Below are positions 8,093 through 16,529 of a stretch of DNA of 61,194 bases, one piece after another. A model generated the notes under the pieces. It did no database searches, was not told the origin of the DNA, and was given only the letters and a program-made list of their open reading frames with translations. The DNA is taken from assembly GCA_035478255.1 (NCBI GenBank), contig DATIJV010000108.1, positions 1 through 61,194 on the forward strand. Direction: 5' to 3'. Each line of letters opens with the position of its first letter. Positions within the stretch are counted from its first letter, which is position 1. A program made the position numbers and the translations under genes. Origin of the DNA: Gammaproteobacteria bacterium (GTDB taxonomy: Bacteria; Pseudomonadota; Gammaproteobacteria; DSM-16500).

Positions 8093-10579
8093 ATGCAAGA
8101 ATTAAATAAATTATTAAAGATATACAGAGAATCGTTGCTGCATGGCTTTTTAAAATCTGTTGAAAATTTTCCAGAAAGAAATGCATTGTGGGTAGATGAT
8201 CAATATTATACTTATGAAAAATTGTATCTATCTTCATTAAGAATGGCAAAAGTGTTGAGCCATTTCCAAGATGAACGTTGTGTTATTTTAACCTCTCGTC
8301 ATGTTTCAGCTTATTCTGCTGTGATTTCCGTGTTGTTAGCTGGAAAGACATATGTTCCTCTCAATGCGCACTACCTTTCAGAAATTAATTTAACTCTCTT
8401 TAATGCAGTCAATACGAATTTGATCATCATTGATAACAACCCATTAGAAACAATCAAAAATTTCATTTTAAATTGTAAAAAATCACTCATTATTTTTTCT
8501 GAGAAAAAATCTTTTTTAGAAGAGGATTTTCGTTTTTCACATCATCAATTTGTCAATATCTCCGAGAATGCTGGCTTCAATTTTAATTTTAAAAATCTAT
8601 CCCAATATGCTTATCTCATGTTTACATCGGGCAGCACAGGGAACCCTAAAGGCATCAGGGTAAGTCATCAAAACGCACTGACGTATGTGAAAAATATGGT
8701 TAATCGGTCTCAGCCCACAGAAAAAGATAAATTTAGTCAATTAGCTGAATTGACATTTGATTTTTCCGTGCATGATTTATTTGTTGCTTGGTCAGTCGGT
8801 GCGTGTGTTTATTCAATCACGGGCGCTCATTTAATACACTGGAAAAATTTTATGGATAAGCATCAGTTGACTTTTTGGGCATCGGTTCCTTCGTCTGCAA
8901 ATTTTATAAAACAAACTGGCCAGTTGAAAGAAAATATTTTTCCATCGCTGAAGTATAGTATTTTTTGCGGAGAGGTTTTGTCCGCGTCTCTTACAAAATC
9001 CTGGCAAGAGGCAGCCCCTCGATCTGTTATTGATAATTTATATGGGCCGACGGAAGCGGCGGTGGCGTGCACTGGCTATCAATGGAAAATAATGCAAAGA
9101 AATGATGAAATATTACCGATCGGAAAGCCTTTTCCATTGCAGCGCATTAAAATTATTAATAATGAATTTGAAGAAGTCAAGAAAGGTGAAATAGGCGAGC
9201 TGTGTTTATCGGGCCCGCAAGTAGTCGATTCTTATTGGCAAGATTCAAAATTAACTCATGATCGATTTATTTATTTTCCTGACGATGAACAATGCTGGTA
9301 TCGCACGCAGGATTGGGTGAAATGGGATGATACAGTCGGTTTAATTTATCAAGGAAGATTGGATGATCAGCTGAAAATTCGCGGACGATGTGTTTCAAGA
9401 TTGGAAATAGAAATGGCATTGAAAAAAATTGCTGAAACCGATTCTGTTGCAATTTTGCCTGAATCAAATTCCTCTGATGGTTTGGTGATAAATGTCATTG
9501 CATTTGTTAGTCATTCGAAGTTTTCTGCTGAATATATCAAAAAAACCGCCAGAAATATTTTGGCTGACTATATGATACCTGTGCATATCTTTGTTTTGCC
9601 AGAATTACCCAAAAATGCGAATGGAAAACTGGATTACACAGCAATGAGACATATTATGCAAGAAAATGCATTAACGAATTATTATAGTCAACAAAGTCTT
9701 ATTTCAGATCCTGGAATTTATCAATCTTATTTTGAAAATCTTTCAGACGATATCAGTCAATTATGCGAAATTCTGCATGGAATTCTTTTGCATTTTTTAG
9801 ATGCAAAATCATTTAATTGTGATGTCTTGCCTTCCCGGTTAGCCGAAATGGATTGTCGTCAAATTAAGCAAATCATACAAAAAGTTATTGAGTTGGATGA
9901 TACTCTGTTTCATAGTCCTCGAGAAATATCGAAAAAAATATTAAGTTCATGTCGTGATTTTTCACTTTTGCTCTGTTCTGTCCTGAGACATAAAAAAATT
10001 CCTGCACGGTTGCGATTTGGATTTACTGCTTTTTTATTTCCAGGATTTCATCATGACCAAACATTGATGGAATATTGGGATGAAAATAAAAAATCATGGT
10101 GTTTGATAAATGCCCGGATGAATTCTCTATTTATAAAAAAATATCATGTGAAAGCAGAAGACGATTTTTATAATGTTTCGAGGAATTCTTTTTTTGTTGC
10201 GGGTGATGCTTGGCTTCGTTGTCGTTCGGGAACCAAGCAAGCTGATCAATTTGGCACAGGAAATATTAATCGAGTGACGGGCTGGAGATATATTCGTAAT
10301 AAATTGCTGCAGGATTTCGCTGCTTTAAATAAAGTAGAAATGCTGCCTTGGGATTGTTGGGGAGTTATGTTGAGTGGTCCAGAAGATGATTTTATTCATG
10401 ATAGTAAGCAAATGGATCTATTGGATCACATTGCAGAATTGACGTTAAACCCTGATAAAAATCTTGAACAGATAAATCGAATTTACGCGGCGGAAAAAGA
10501 CTTGCAAGTTGGCAGTGAAGTTTTTTGTGATAGCTTGACAGGTGCGGGAAAGTGGGTTGCTGTCACTCGGTCGGAATAA
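8093..10579 (+). CDS. Adenylation (NRPS A-domain/DltA-like) enzyme fused to a C-terminal transglutaminase-like cysteine-protease-fold domain
   Basis: N-terminal ~520 aa: 'FTSGSTGNPKGI', 'TFDFSVHDL' (FDxS), 'NLYGPTEAAV', 'YRTQDW', 'GRLDDQLKIRG', 'PKNANGKLD'. C-terminal ~250 aa: 'SCRDFSLLLCSVLRHKKIPARLRFGF' (transglutaminase-core CRDF...IPAR motif), then 'HHDQTLMEYWDENKKSWCLIN'. No carrier (..DSL..) motif seen. Confidence 0.8.
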   Translation: MQELNKLLKIYRESLLHGFLKSVENFPERNALWVDDQYYTYEKLYLSSLRMAKVLSHFQDERCVILTSRHVSAYSAVISVLLAGKTYVPLNAHYLSEINLTLFNAVNTNLIIIDNNPLETIKNFILNCKKSLIIFSEKKSFLEEDFRFSHHQFVNISENAGFNFNFKNLSQYAYLMFTSGSTGNPKGIRVSHQNALTYVKNMVNRSQPTEKDKFSQLAELTFDFSVHDLFVAWSVGACVYSITGAHLIHWKNFMDKHQLTFWASVPSSANFIKQTGQLKENIFPSLKYSIFCGEVLSASLTKSWQEAAPRSVIDNLYGPTEAAVACTGYQWKIMQRNDEILPIGKPFPLQRIKIINNEFEEVKKGEIGELCLSGPQVVDSYWQDSKLTHDRFIYFPDDEQCWYRTQDWVKWDDTVGLIYQGRLDDQLKIRGRCVSRLEIEMALKKIAETDSVAILPESNSSDGLVINVIAFVSHSKFSAEYIKKTARNILADYMIPVHIFVLPELPKNANGKLDYTAMRHIMQENALTNYYSQQSLISDPGIYQSYFENLSDDISQLCEILHGILLHFLDAKSFNCDVLPSRLAEMDCRQIKQIIQKVIELDDTLFHSPREISKKILSSCRDFSLLLCSVLRHKKIPARLRFGFTAFLFPGFHHDQTLMEYWDENKKSWCLINARMNSLFIKKYHVKAEDDFYNVSRNSFFVAGDAWLRCRSGTKQADQFGTGNINRVTGWRYIRNKLLQDFAALNKVEMLPWDCWGVMLSGPEDDFIHDSKQMDLLDHIAELTLNPDKNLEQINRIYAAEKDLQVGSEVFCDSLTGAGKWVAVTRSE

Positions 10580-10599
10580 TTTTACTTCTTTATTTTAAG

Positions 10600-10655
10600 A
10601 AAAAATTAAAAATTCGTCATTGCGGACCTGCAAAAAGCGCAGGTTTGCAATGACG
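10600..10655 (-). terminator. Rho-independent terminator downstream of ppiB
   Basis: Imperfect ~16-bp stem cgtcattgcggacctgc / gcaggtttgcaatgacg (10615-10655). On the minus strand it is followed by aatttttaatttttt. It lies between convergent genes. Confidence 0.55.
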
Positions 10656-10663
10656 GACTTCAA

Positions 10664-11185
10664 TTACGCGCCAGTGACGATGTCTGATGTTTCCGCATTC
10701 ACCACAACTTTCTCAATAATCACATCATCCACTGGTACATCCTGGTGGCCTGCTTTCCGCGTCGTCGAAACTATTTTGATTTTATCTACTACTTCCATCC
10801 CTGCAATCACTTTCCCAAACACACAATAACCCCAGCCTTCCATCGTTTTAGATTTAAAGTTTAAAAAGGCATTATCTGCGACATTAATAAAAAATTGTGA
10901 AGTAGCAGAATGAGGGTCAGCAGTCCGCGCCATTGCAATGGTATATCGCTTGTTAGTCCCGCCTTTATCTGCTTCATTTTCAATAGCCGCAGAAGATTTT
11001 TTTTGTTGCATATGGGGCCCAAAACCCCCTCCTTGGATCATAAACCCATTGATAATTCGATGAAAAATCGTATTATCATAAAAACCGTTTTTGGCAAGCG
11101 TTAAAAAATTTTTCGCGGTAGCCGGAGTATTTTCAAAATCCAACTCAATCGAAATATCTCCATAATTTGTTTGTAATATAATCAT
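10664..11185 (-). CDS. ppiB: Peptidyl-prolyl cis-trans isomerase B (cyclophilin type)
   Basis: '[15 protein letters not shown]', '[22 protein letters not shown]', 'GYCVFGKV' are cyclophilin signatures. Confidence 0.95.
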   Translation of the reverse strand: MIILQTNYGDISIELDFENTPATAKNFLTLAKNGFYDNTIFHRIINGFMIQGGGFGPHMQQKKSSAAIENEADKGGTNKRYTIAMARTADPHSATSQFFINVADNAFLNFKSKTMEGWGYCVFGKVIAGMEVVDKIKIVSTTRKAGHQDVPVDDVIIEKVVVNAETSDIVTGA

Positions 11186-11268
11186 TTATCATGCCTCTTA
11201 AGTAAACCAGCAAAAATGCATTTCTTACTCTATAATAAAGGTGTTGCAAGTGCTCAATTAAATCGAGG

Positions 11269-13308
11269 ATGTCAGTAATGCTCGAATATTTGATTCGACA
11301 ATCCAAAAAAATAGTCGTGACCTTAAAGTTCAGTATCCTCGCCATATTTGTGACGCTATTTGTGTTGTCTATGTTAACACTTATCGCTATTACTCACATC
11401 AGATTTACGCGCAGCATGGAAGACTTTTCATTTGGTTTAATGAAGCAGGCTTCTTATACGGCATTCACTCAAATTCAGAATGAATTAAAAAATGCTGAAA
11501 TTGAAAGTCATGCGCTTGCCGAGCTTATAAAATTAGACGTGCTCGATTCAACCAGTGAAGTGGAAACTTATATTCAGAGTCTCATGAGAAATGAAATCGA
11601 TTTATTTCCCAGTGTGCAATCAATTGTTTGGGCTGACACCGCTGGTCATTATGTTTCTGTAGAGAAAACAGATGATGGCAAGCTTCATTCAGAGATTGTC
11701 CAATACAATCCAGATAACCCAAGTTATGATCCACGTTTACGGCCTTGGTATATTATCGCTAAAAATGAAAAAAAACCTGTGTGGATGGGAATTTACGCAT
11801 ACGAGATGACAAAATATAGGGGAACCAGTGTAGCGACACCTGTTTATAAAAATGATAATACCTTGCTAGGTGTCGTAAATTTAAGAGTTCGACTGGATAA
11901 TATGCGTGATCTGGTTGAGCAAACTCAGGTGAGTGCGCACAGCATTACATTTATAGTCTCCTCAGATGGGCAATTGATTGCTTTTCCGAATCTTGTTCAA
12001 TATAATCAATCGGCATTGTTAAACATAAAAAATTTAGAAAAATCTCCCTGGATTGCAGAATCATTTGATATATACAACAAAACTCACAGCGCAGAATTTA
12101 TTTATGAATATAACAAAAAAGATTATCTCGCATCTTATTTGCCTCTCACTTCTTTTGGCAGTAATAATCACTGGATCATAGGAGTCGTATCTCCCACTGA
12201 AGATTTTATGAGTGATGTTTACAAAACACATTTGCTCACATTATTAATCAATTTAACTATTTTAATTTTTGGTATCACTGCAGTTTCTATTTTAATTTCT
12301 CGTGTTGTGCATCCGCTGAATGAAATTACCAAAGAAATTCGTCGTATCAGAGATTTTGTTTTAACAGATGAGAAGCCAATTGTGTCACGTATTCTTGAAA
12401 TTAGTTATATAGCTGAAGCACTTTATTCAATGAAAAAAGGATTAAAAACATTTCAACGTTATGTTCCATCTGCATTGGTTCGACAATTGATTGAGACTGG
12501 CGAAGATGCACGAATTGGCGGAATAAAAAAACCGCTAGCGATTTTATTTTCTGATATTAAAGATTTTACTTCGCTTGCAGAAAAAATGGATCCTGAAAAA
12601 TTATCTCCTCATCTTTGCGATTATTTCGATGAATTATCGCAAGTCATAGTGATGAATCACGGCACGATTGATAAATACATGGGCGATGCCATCATGGCAT
12701 TTTGGGGGGCGCCATCGATTATCGAACAACCTTCATTGTATGCGGCAAAGGCGGCATTGCGCTGTTTGAATCTTTCTGAAGAATTAAATGAAACATGGCA
12801 AGAACAAGGCAAGCCTCTTTTGCACACTCGAATTGGAATTCATTTCGGCCAAGCGATTGTCGGAAATTTTGGATCGTCAGAACGAATTAGTTACACGGCG
12901 ATTGGTGATGCAATTAATATCGCTAGTCGTTTGGAAGGCATCAATAAAATTTATGGCACTCAAATTATCGTGAGTGATGTGGTTTATCATCAAATAAAGA
13001 ATGATTTTGTTTTGCGAATGTTGGACTGTATCACAGTAAAAGGGAGAAATGAGGCGCATTATATTTATGAGCTGGTTGCAGAAACCTACATGGAAATAAC
13101 TTATGATTTTGAAAAATATACGATGAATTTTGCGAAAGGGTTTGCTGCCTATCAAAAAAGACAATGGGATGAGGCTATTTCTTTCTTTGTAGAATGCTTA
13201 AAAATCTATCCAGCAGATACGGTAGCAGGGGTATTGATTAAACGATGTGAACACTTTAAGTCAGAGCCGCCTGAAGCAGATTGGAGTGGTATTTGGAAGT
13301 TAGAGTAA
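11269..13308 (+). CDS. Membrane sensor class III adenylate/guanylate cyclase (Cache-like periplasmic domain, HAMP, cyclase, C-terminal TPR-like tail)
   Basis: Two TM segments flank a ~270-aa extracytoplasmic domain. Cyclase motifs 'ILFSDIKDFTSLAE', 'KYMGDAIMAFWGAP', 'RIGIHFGQAIVGNFGS', 'YTAIGDAINIASRLEG'. Confidence 0.88.
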   Translation: MSVMLEYLIRQSKKIVVTLKFSILAIFVTLFVLSMLTLIAITHIRFTRSMEDFSFGLMKQASYTAFTQIQNELKNAEIESHALAELIKLDVLDSTSEVETYIQSLMRNEIDLFPSVQSIVWADTAGHYVSVEKTDDGKLHSEIVQYNPDNPSYDPRLRPWYIIAKNEKKPVWMGIYAYEMTKYRGTSVATPVYKNDNTLLGVVNLRVRLDNMRDLVEQTQVSAHSITFIVSSDGQLIAFPNLVQYNQSALLNIKNLEKSPWIAESFDIYNKTHSAEFIYEYNKKDYLASYLPLTSFGSNNHWIIGVVSPTEDFMSDVYKTHLLTLLINLTILIFGITAVSILISRVVHPLNEITKEIRRIRDFVLTDEKPIVSRILEISYIAEALYSMKKGLKTFQRYVPSALVRQLIETGEDARIGGIKKPLAILFSDIKDFTSLAEKMDPEKLSPHLCDYFDELSQVIVMNHGTIDKYMGDAIMAFWGAPSIIEQPSLYAAKAALRCLNLSEELNETWQEQGKPLLHTRIGIHFGQAIVGNFGSSERISYTAIGDAINIASRLEGINKIYGTQIIVSDVVYHQIKNDFVLRMLDCITVKGRNEAHYIYELVAETYMEITYDFEKYTMNFAKGFAAYQKRQWDEAISFFVECLKIYPADTVAGVLIKRCEHFKSEPPEADWSGIWKLE

Positions 13309-13427
13309 AAAATCCGCACAGATTTTTCTTCTTAGGTGATTTTCTAGCAAATTTATCCATTCATTAGTAATGTTATAATGTACTTAATAAATTCTTTTCT
13401 ATTGTTTTTATGATCGAGGAACTGGAC

Positions 13428-13697
13428 ATGAAAACACTCTTCGCATTTTTAATCATCATCTTTGGATTTTTATTTTCTGCTTCATGTTTTGCAAGTTGTA
13501 ATAGTTGTAGAGTTCAATCAGATTGTTATTCCTGCTCATCGTCTTACAATACCTGCGGTTCTTGTGGTACAGTCTGTGAGGATTGTGCGTGCAGCAGTTG
13601 TGCTTGTACAGAACCCTCATGCGGAAAAAATCCGTGTTTAAGCAGACGCGCATGCTGTCAAGTGTTTGGTAATGTAGGTGGTTATGACGATTATTAA
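13428..13697 (+). CDS. Small secreted cysteine-rich protein (about 16 Cys after the signal peptide)
   Basis: The track ORF 13410-13697 was trimmed to the ATG at 13428 (gagga RBS). Signal peptide 'MKTLFAFLIIIFGFLFSASCFA', then CxxC-dense sequence 'SCNSCRVQSDCYSCSSSYNTCGSCGTVCEDCACSSCACTEPSCGKNPC...'. Confidence 0.6.
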   Translation: MKTLFAFLIIIFGFLFSASCFASCNSCRVQSDCYSCSSSYNTCGSCGTVCEDCACSSCACTEPSCGKNPCLSRRACCQVFGNVGGYDDY

Positions 13698-13709
13698 AGG
13701 AGTTGTGTG

Positions 13710-13877
13710 ATGAGATTTGTGCAATCTGTATTAGGAGTTTTATTGGCTTCAACTTTTGTGCTGACAGGCTGTAATACGGCAAAAGGTTTTGGAGAGGACA
13801 TGCAGCAAGGCGGTGAGGCAATTCAAAAAGCGGCGCATGATGCGACGACTAATTCTAGTACGCCATCCCACTCCTAA
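13710..13877 (+). CDS. Entericidin EcnA/B-family small lipoprotein (55 aa; below the ORF-track cutoff)
   Basis: Hand translation: MRFVQSVLGVLLASTFVLTGCNTAKGFGEDMQQGGEAIQKAAHDATTNSSTPSHS. It has the lipobox L-T-G-C and the entericidin core 'CNTxxGxGxDxxxxGxxI'. aggag RBS at 13699. Confidence 0.75.
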   Translation: MRFVQSVLGVLLASTFVLTGCNTAKGFGEDMQQGGEAIQKAAHDATTNSSTPSHS

Positions 13878-13880
13878 GTA

Positions 13881-14107
13881 CACTGCCATTAAGTTAAGCG
13901 AAAGCTGATTAGAGCGTCATCCCGGAATTTACTCAGTCTTAATTCGCGCTTTTCGCGAATTTAGAGTGAGTTAATGTCCGGGATCCACCCAAATGATAAG
14001 TAGATCCCGGACATTAAGTAGCGCTAAACTCGCAAAGAGCGCGAATTAAGCGCTACTAAATTCCGGGATGACGCTCTAATCAGCTTTCGCTTAACTTAAT
14101 GGCAGTG
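13881..14107. mobile_element. 227-bp MITE-like element (family A) with 51-bp perfect terminal inverted repeats and an 11-bp target-site duplication
   Basis: TIRs 13881-13931 and 14057-14107 are exact reverse complements (cactgccattaagttaagcgaaagctgattagagcgtcatcccggaattta). The flanks 13870-13880 and 14108-14118 are both actcctaagta. No ORF. A second copy lies at 1-140. Confidence 0.85.
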
Positions 14108-14215
14108 ACTCCTAAGTAGAGGTATACTTCGCGGCTTTCTTCTCCCCTCAAGTAAATTTCAAGGTGCACAACACGAGCTCTTCAGATAAAATACTCTCCC
14201 ATTTTGGAGTTTGAC

Positions 14216-14944
14216 ATGAAGATACTCTGCGTGATCCCTAGCCGCATGGCATCGACCCGCATTAAGCGGAAGCCCTTGCTGTCCATTCAAGGTAAGCCCA
14301 TGATTCAATGGGTGTATGAAAATGCTTCCCGATGCAAAGTGCTGACAGATGTCGTGGTCGCGACAGACAGTGAAGAAATCGCTTCTGTTATTCATCGCAT
14401 AGGCGGCAAAGCCATCATGACTGACCCCGATCTTCCTACTGGCTCTGACCGAGTCGCAGCAGCGGCAAGTCATTATCCTGAAATGGATGTCATCATCAAC
14501 TTGCAAGGGGATGAGCCTTTTATCCGCCCGCGCATGTTAGAACAACTCGTTGCTCCGTATCTCAACGGCGAATCGCCGGAAATGACCACGCTTGCCTATC
14601 CTTTGGATCGAGAAACAGATTACACTCATCCCGGCGCAGTCAAGGTCATTACTGATTTGCAAGGCAATGCGCTTTATTTTTCCCGTGCACCTATTCCTTA
14701 TTTTCGTGTTCCTGGAAATGCTCCAGTTTTTCATCATATGGGTTTATATGCTTTTCGACGGGATTTTCTTTTGACTTACCAAACCCTCTCTCAAACACCG
14801 CTTGAAAAAACAGAATCTCTGGAACAATTACGCGTTCTGGAGCATGGTTACAAAATCCGAGTCTGTTTAACTTCCGATCGAACGCTGGAGATTAATACGC
14901 CCGAAGAATACGAGCTTGCACAGCAGTTTCAATATGTCGATTGA
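14216..14944 (+). CDS. kdsB: 3-deoxy-manno-octulosonate cytidylyltransferase (CMP-KDO synthetase)
   Basis: 'MKILCVIPSRMASTRIKRKPLLSIQGKPMIQWV' parallels the KdsB N-terminus. 'NLQGDEP' motif present. Start moved to the ATG at 14216 (ggag RBS). Confidence 0.93.
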   Translation: MKILCVIPSRMASTRIKRKPLLSIQGKPMIQWVYENASRCKVLTDVVVATDSEEIASVIHRIGGKAIMTDPDLPTGSDRVAAAASHYPEMDVIINLQGDEPFIRPRMLEQLVAPYLNGESPEMTTLAYPLDRETDYTHPGAVKVITDLQGNALYFSRAPIPYFRVPGNAPVFHHMGLYAFRRDFLLTYQTLSQTPLEKTESLEQLRVLEHGYKIRVCLTSDRTLEINTPEEYELAQQFQYVD

Positions 14945-15003
14945 CTTGTTAGGGAAAAATTAATTAGTGTATACCTCTTGGAACCAATTAAAGGGAATTT
15001 TAT

Positions 15004-15777
15004 ATGAACAAGATGTTTCGTTTATCCAAATTATGTTTAACACTCATTTCAATCCCCGTTTTTATATTTTCAACTAACGCATTTGCGCAGCCCAGCCATC
15101 ATACCTATAACAAAGGCTATGATCATGGTTACGACGATGGTTATGAAGATGGTTATGATGATGCAATGGATGATTGCCCCTGTCCTCCTTCACTTGGCTT
15201 GACTGGCGGTTTCTATGCCGGTGTTGGTGTTGGTTACGAAGGGTTTCAAATAAAACGTAATCCATGGGTTTTTGATGATCCTATTGGTTCATTGAATACA
15301 CATGCAAATGGCTGGAATGGCAGATTGTTCGGCGGTTATGGCAGATATTTCATGAGTCATTATTATTTAGCTGCTGAATTGTTTGCTGGCACAAGCGGTG
15401 CAAGCGGCAAAGACTCATTGAATACATCCGGGTTTCAATATGATGGAAAATTCTCTGCTGGTACGAGTCTCGGCGTATCTGTTTTACCCGGTTATAGATT
15501 CACTGAAACGGGACCTTTGGTCTATGGACGTTTGGGTTATATCGATACGGAATTTAAAGTGCAAGACTGGTCGGGGATGTCTGGTTCAAATTATACGCAT
15601 TGGACGGGTGGGTTTAATGCGGGTTTAGGTGTTGAAATTCCGCTTTATAAAAAACTGACGGGAAGATTGGAATACGATTATATGAATTATAATTCTTTCA
15701 ACAATAATGGAATGACAGGATCTAAAAATTCACCTACGGATAATCGCGGTTCGCTTGATTTTGTTTTCCATTTTTAA
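15004..15777 (+). CDS. Outer-membrane beta-barrel protein (OmpA-beta-barrel/Opa-like family) with an acidic GYD-repeat N-terminus
   Basis: Signal peptide ending 'NAFA'. 'YNKGYDHGYDDGYEDGYDDAMDD'. Alternating amphipathic Gly/aromatic strands. C-terminal '...LDFVFHF' (terminal Phe). Confidence 0.75.
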   Translation: MNKMFRLSKLCLTLISIPVFIFSTNAFAQPSHHTYNKGYDHGYDDGYEDGYDDAMDDCPCPPSLGLTGGFYAGVGVGYEGFQIKRNPWVFDDPIGSLNTHANGWNGRLFGGYGRYFMSHYYLAAELFAGTSGASGKDSLNTSGFQYDGKFSAGTSLGVSVLPGYRFTETGPLVYGRLGYIDTEFKVQDWSGMSGSNYTHWTGGFNAGLGVEIPLYKKLTGRLEYDYMNYNSFNNNGMTGSKNSPTDNRGSLDFVFHF

Positions 15778-15831
15778 ACTTTTAAATGTTTAACCGAGCC
15801 GCTATACCTTATGCGGCTCGGTCAAGAATGA

Positions 15832-16509
15832 TCACAGAAAATTATACGTCACACCCAGCGATGTCAAATCTGTGCTGCCTGTGCTTCCATTTCCTCGAGC
15901 TCGGGCCCATTGCAGCACTAACGCAGCTTGCGGTGTCACATTATACGAAAAACCTGCGCCATAATAAGGGCTATAAGTATTCGCACTGGCTGATGCACCT
16001 GTTGTTGTAAATACTTTTTTGGCATAACTGTACGCCACACCTAATTTGCCCAGCACGCTCAAATTATGAATCAGTGAAAACTGCCCGACTGCTGCCAGAT
16101 AAGCTGCAAAATGTTCTGTCGAAGCCACATTGGTGCCAGGGGTTGTTTCATTTGAATTGTGATATTGCGTATAACCTAATTCGCCTGCAAAGGTTGCCCG
16201 GTGATATTGATAAAAATTGTATCCTAAATCAGCTGTCCAACCTGGGCCAATTTGTGTAACGGAATCGCCTGAGCCTGGTGCTGCCTTATCATGCGTTCTT
16301 GAAACACCTACATGACCTCCAACATACCAGTTAGGCACAAAAGTATATACGGGCGTTTGATCTTTATAAACTGTTTCCACGGGCGGTGTGCAATGATGTT
16401 TTTTGCAGTGACGCGCAAACGCAGTTGAAGAAAAAGAACATGCCAGCGTGAATAAAACAATCAATTTTACGATGTTGTTTGTTTTTAACAATGAAATAGT
16501 CCATTTCAT
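15832..16509 (-). CDS. Outer-membrane beta-barrel protein (small porin/Opa-like family)
   Basis: Signal peptide '...SSTAFA'. Beta-strand pattern 'WYVGGHVGVS', 'GWTADLGYNF', 'LGVAYSYAK', 'YGAGFSYNV'. C-terminal 'LGVTYNFL'. Confidence 0.75.
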   Translation of the reverse strand: MKWTISLLKTNNIVKLIVLFTLACSFSSTAFARHCKKHHCTPPVETVYKDQTPVYTFVPNWYVGGHVGVSRTHDKAAPGSGDSVTQIGPGWTADLGYNFYQYHRATFAGELGYTQYHNSNETTPGTNVASTEHFAAYLAAVGQFSLIHNLSVLGKLGVAYSYAKKVFTTTGASASANTYSPYYGAGFSYNVTPQAALVLQWARARGNGSTGSTDLTSLGVTYNFL

Positions 16510-16529
16510 GAGTGTATCCTTTTAATAGC

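Noticed and set aside
10620-11345. ORFs 10620-10829(+), 10910-11104(+) and 11145-11345(-), overlapping ppiB or its promoter region.
   Set aside because: They are antisense to, or overlap, the cyclophilin gene and the cyclase start. No supporting signals.
13456-13821. A 121-aa minus-strand ORF antisense to the Cys-rich and entericidin-like genes.
   Set aside because: The plus-strand genes have signal peptides, RBSs and family motifs. The antisense ORF has none.
14159-14506. A 115-aa minus-strand ORF antisense to kdsB, and 14537-14737 and 14592-14774 within kdsB.
   Set aside because: They are nested in a confidently identified CMP-KDO synthetase gene.
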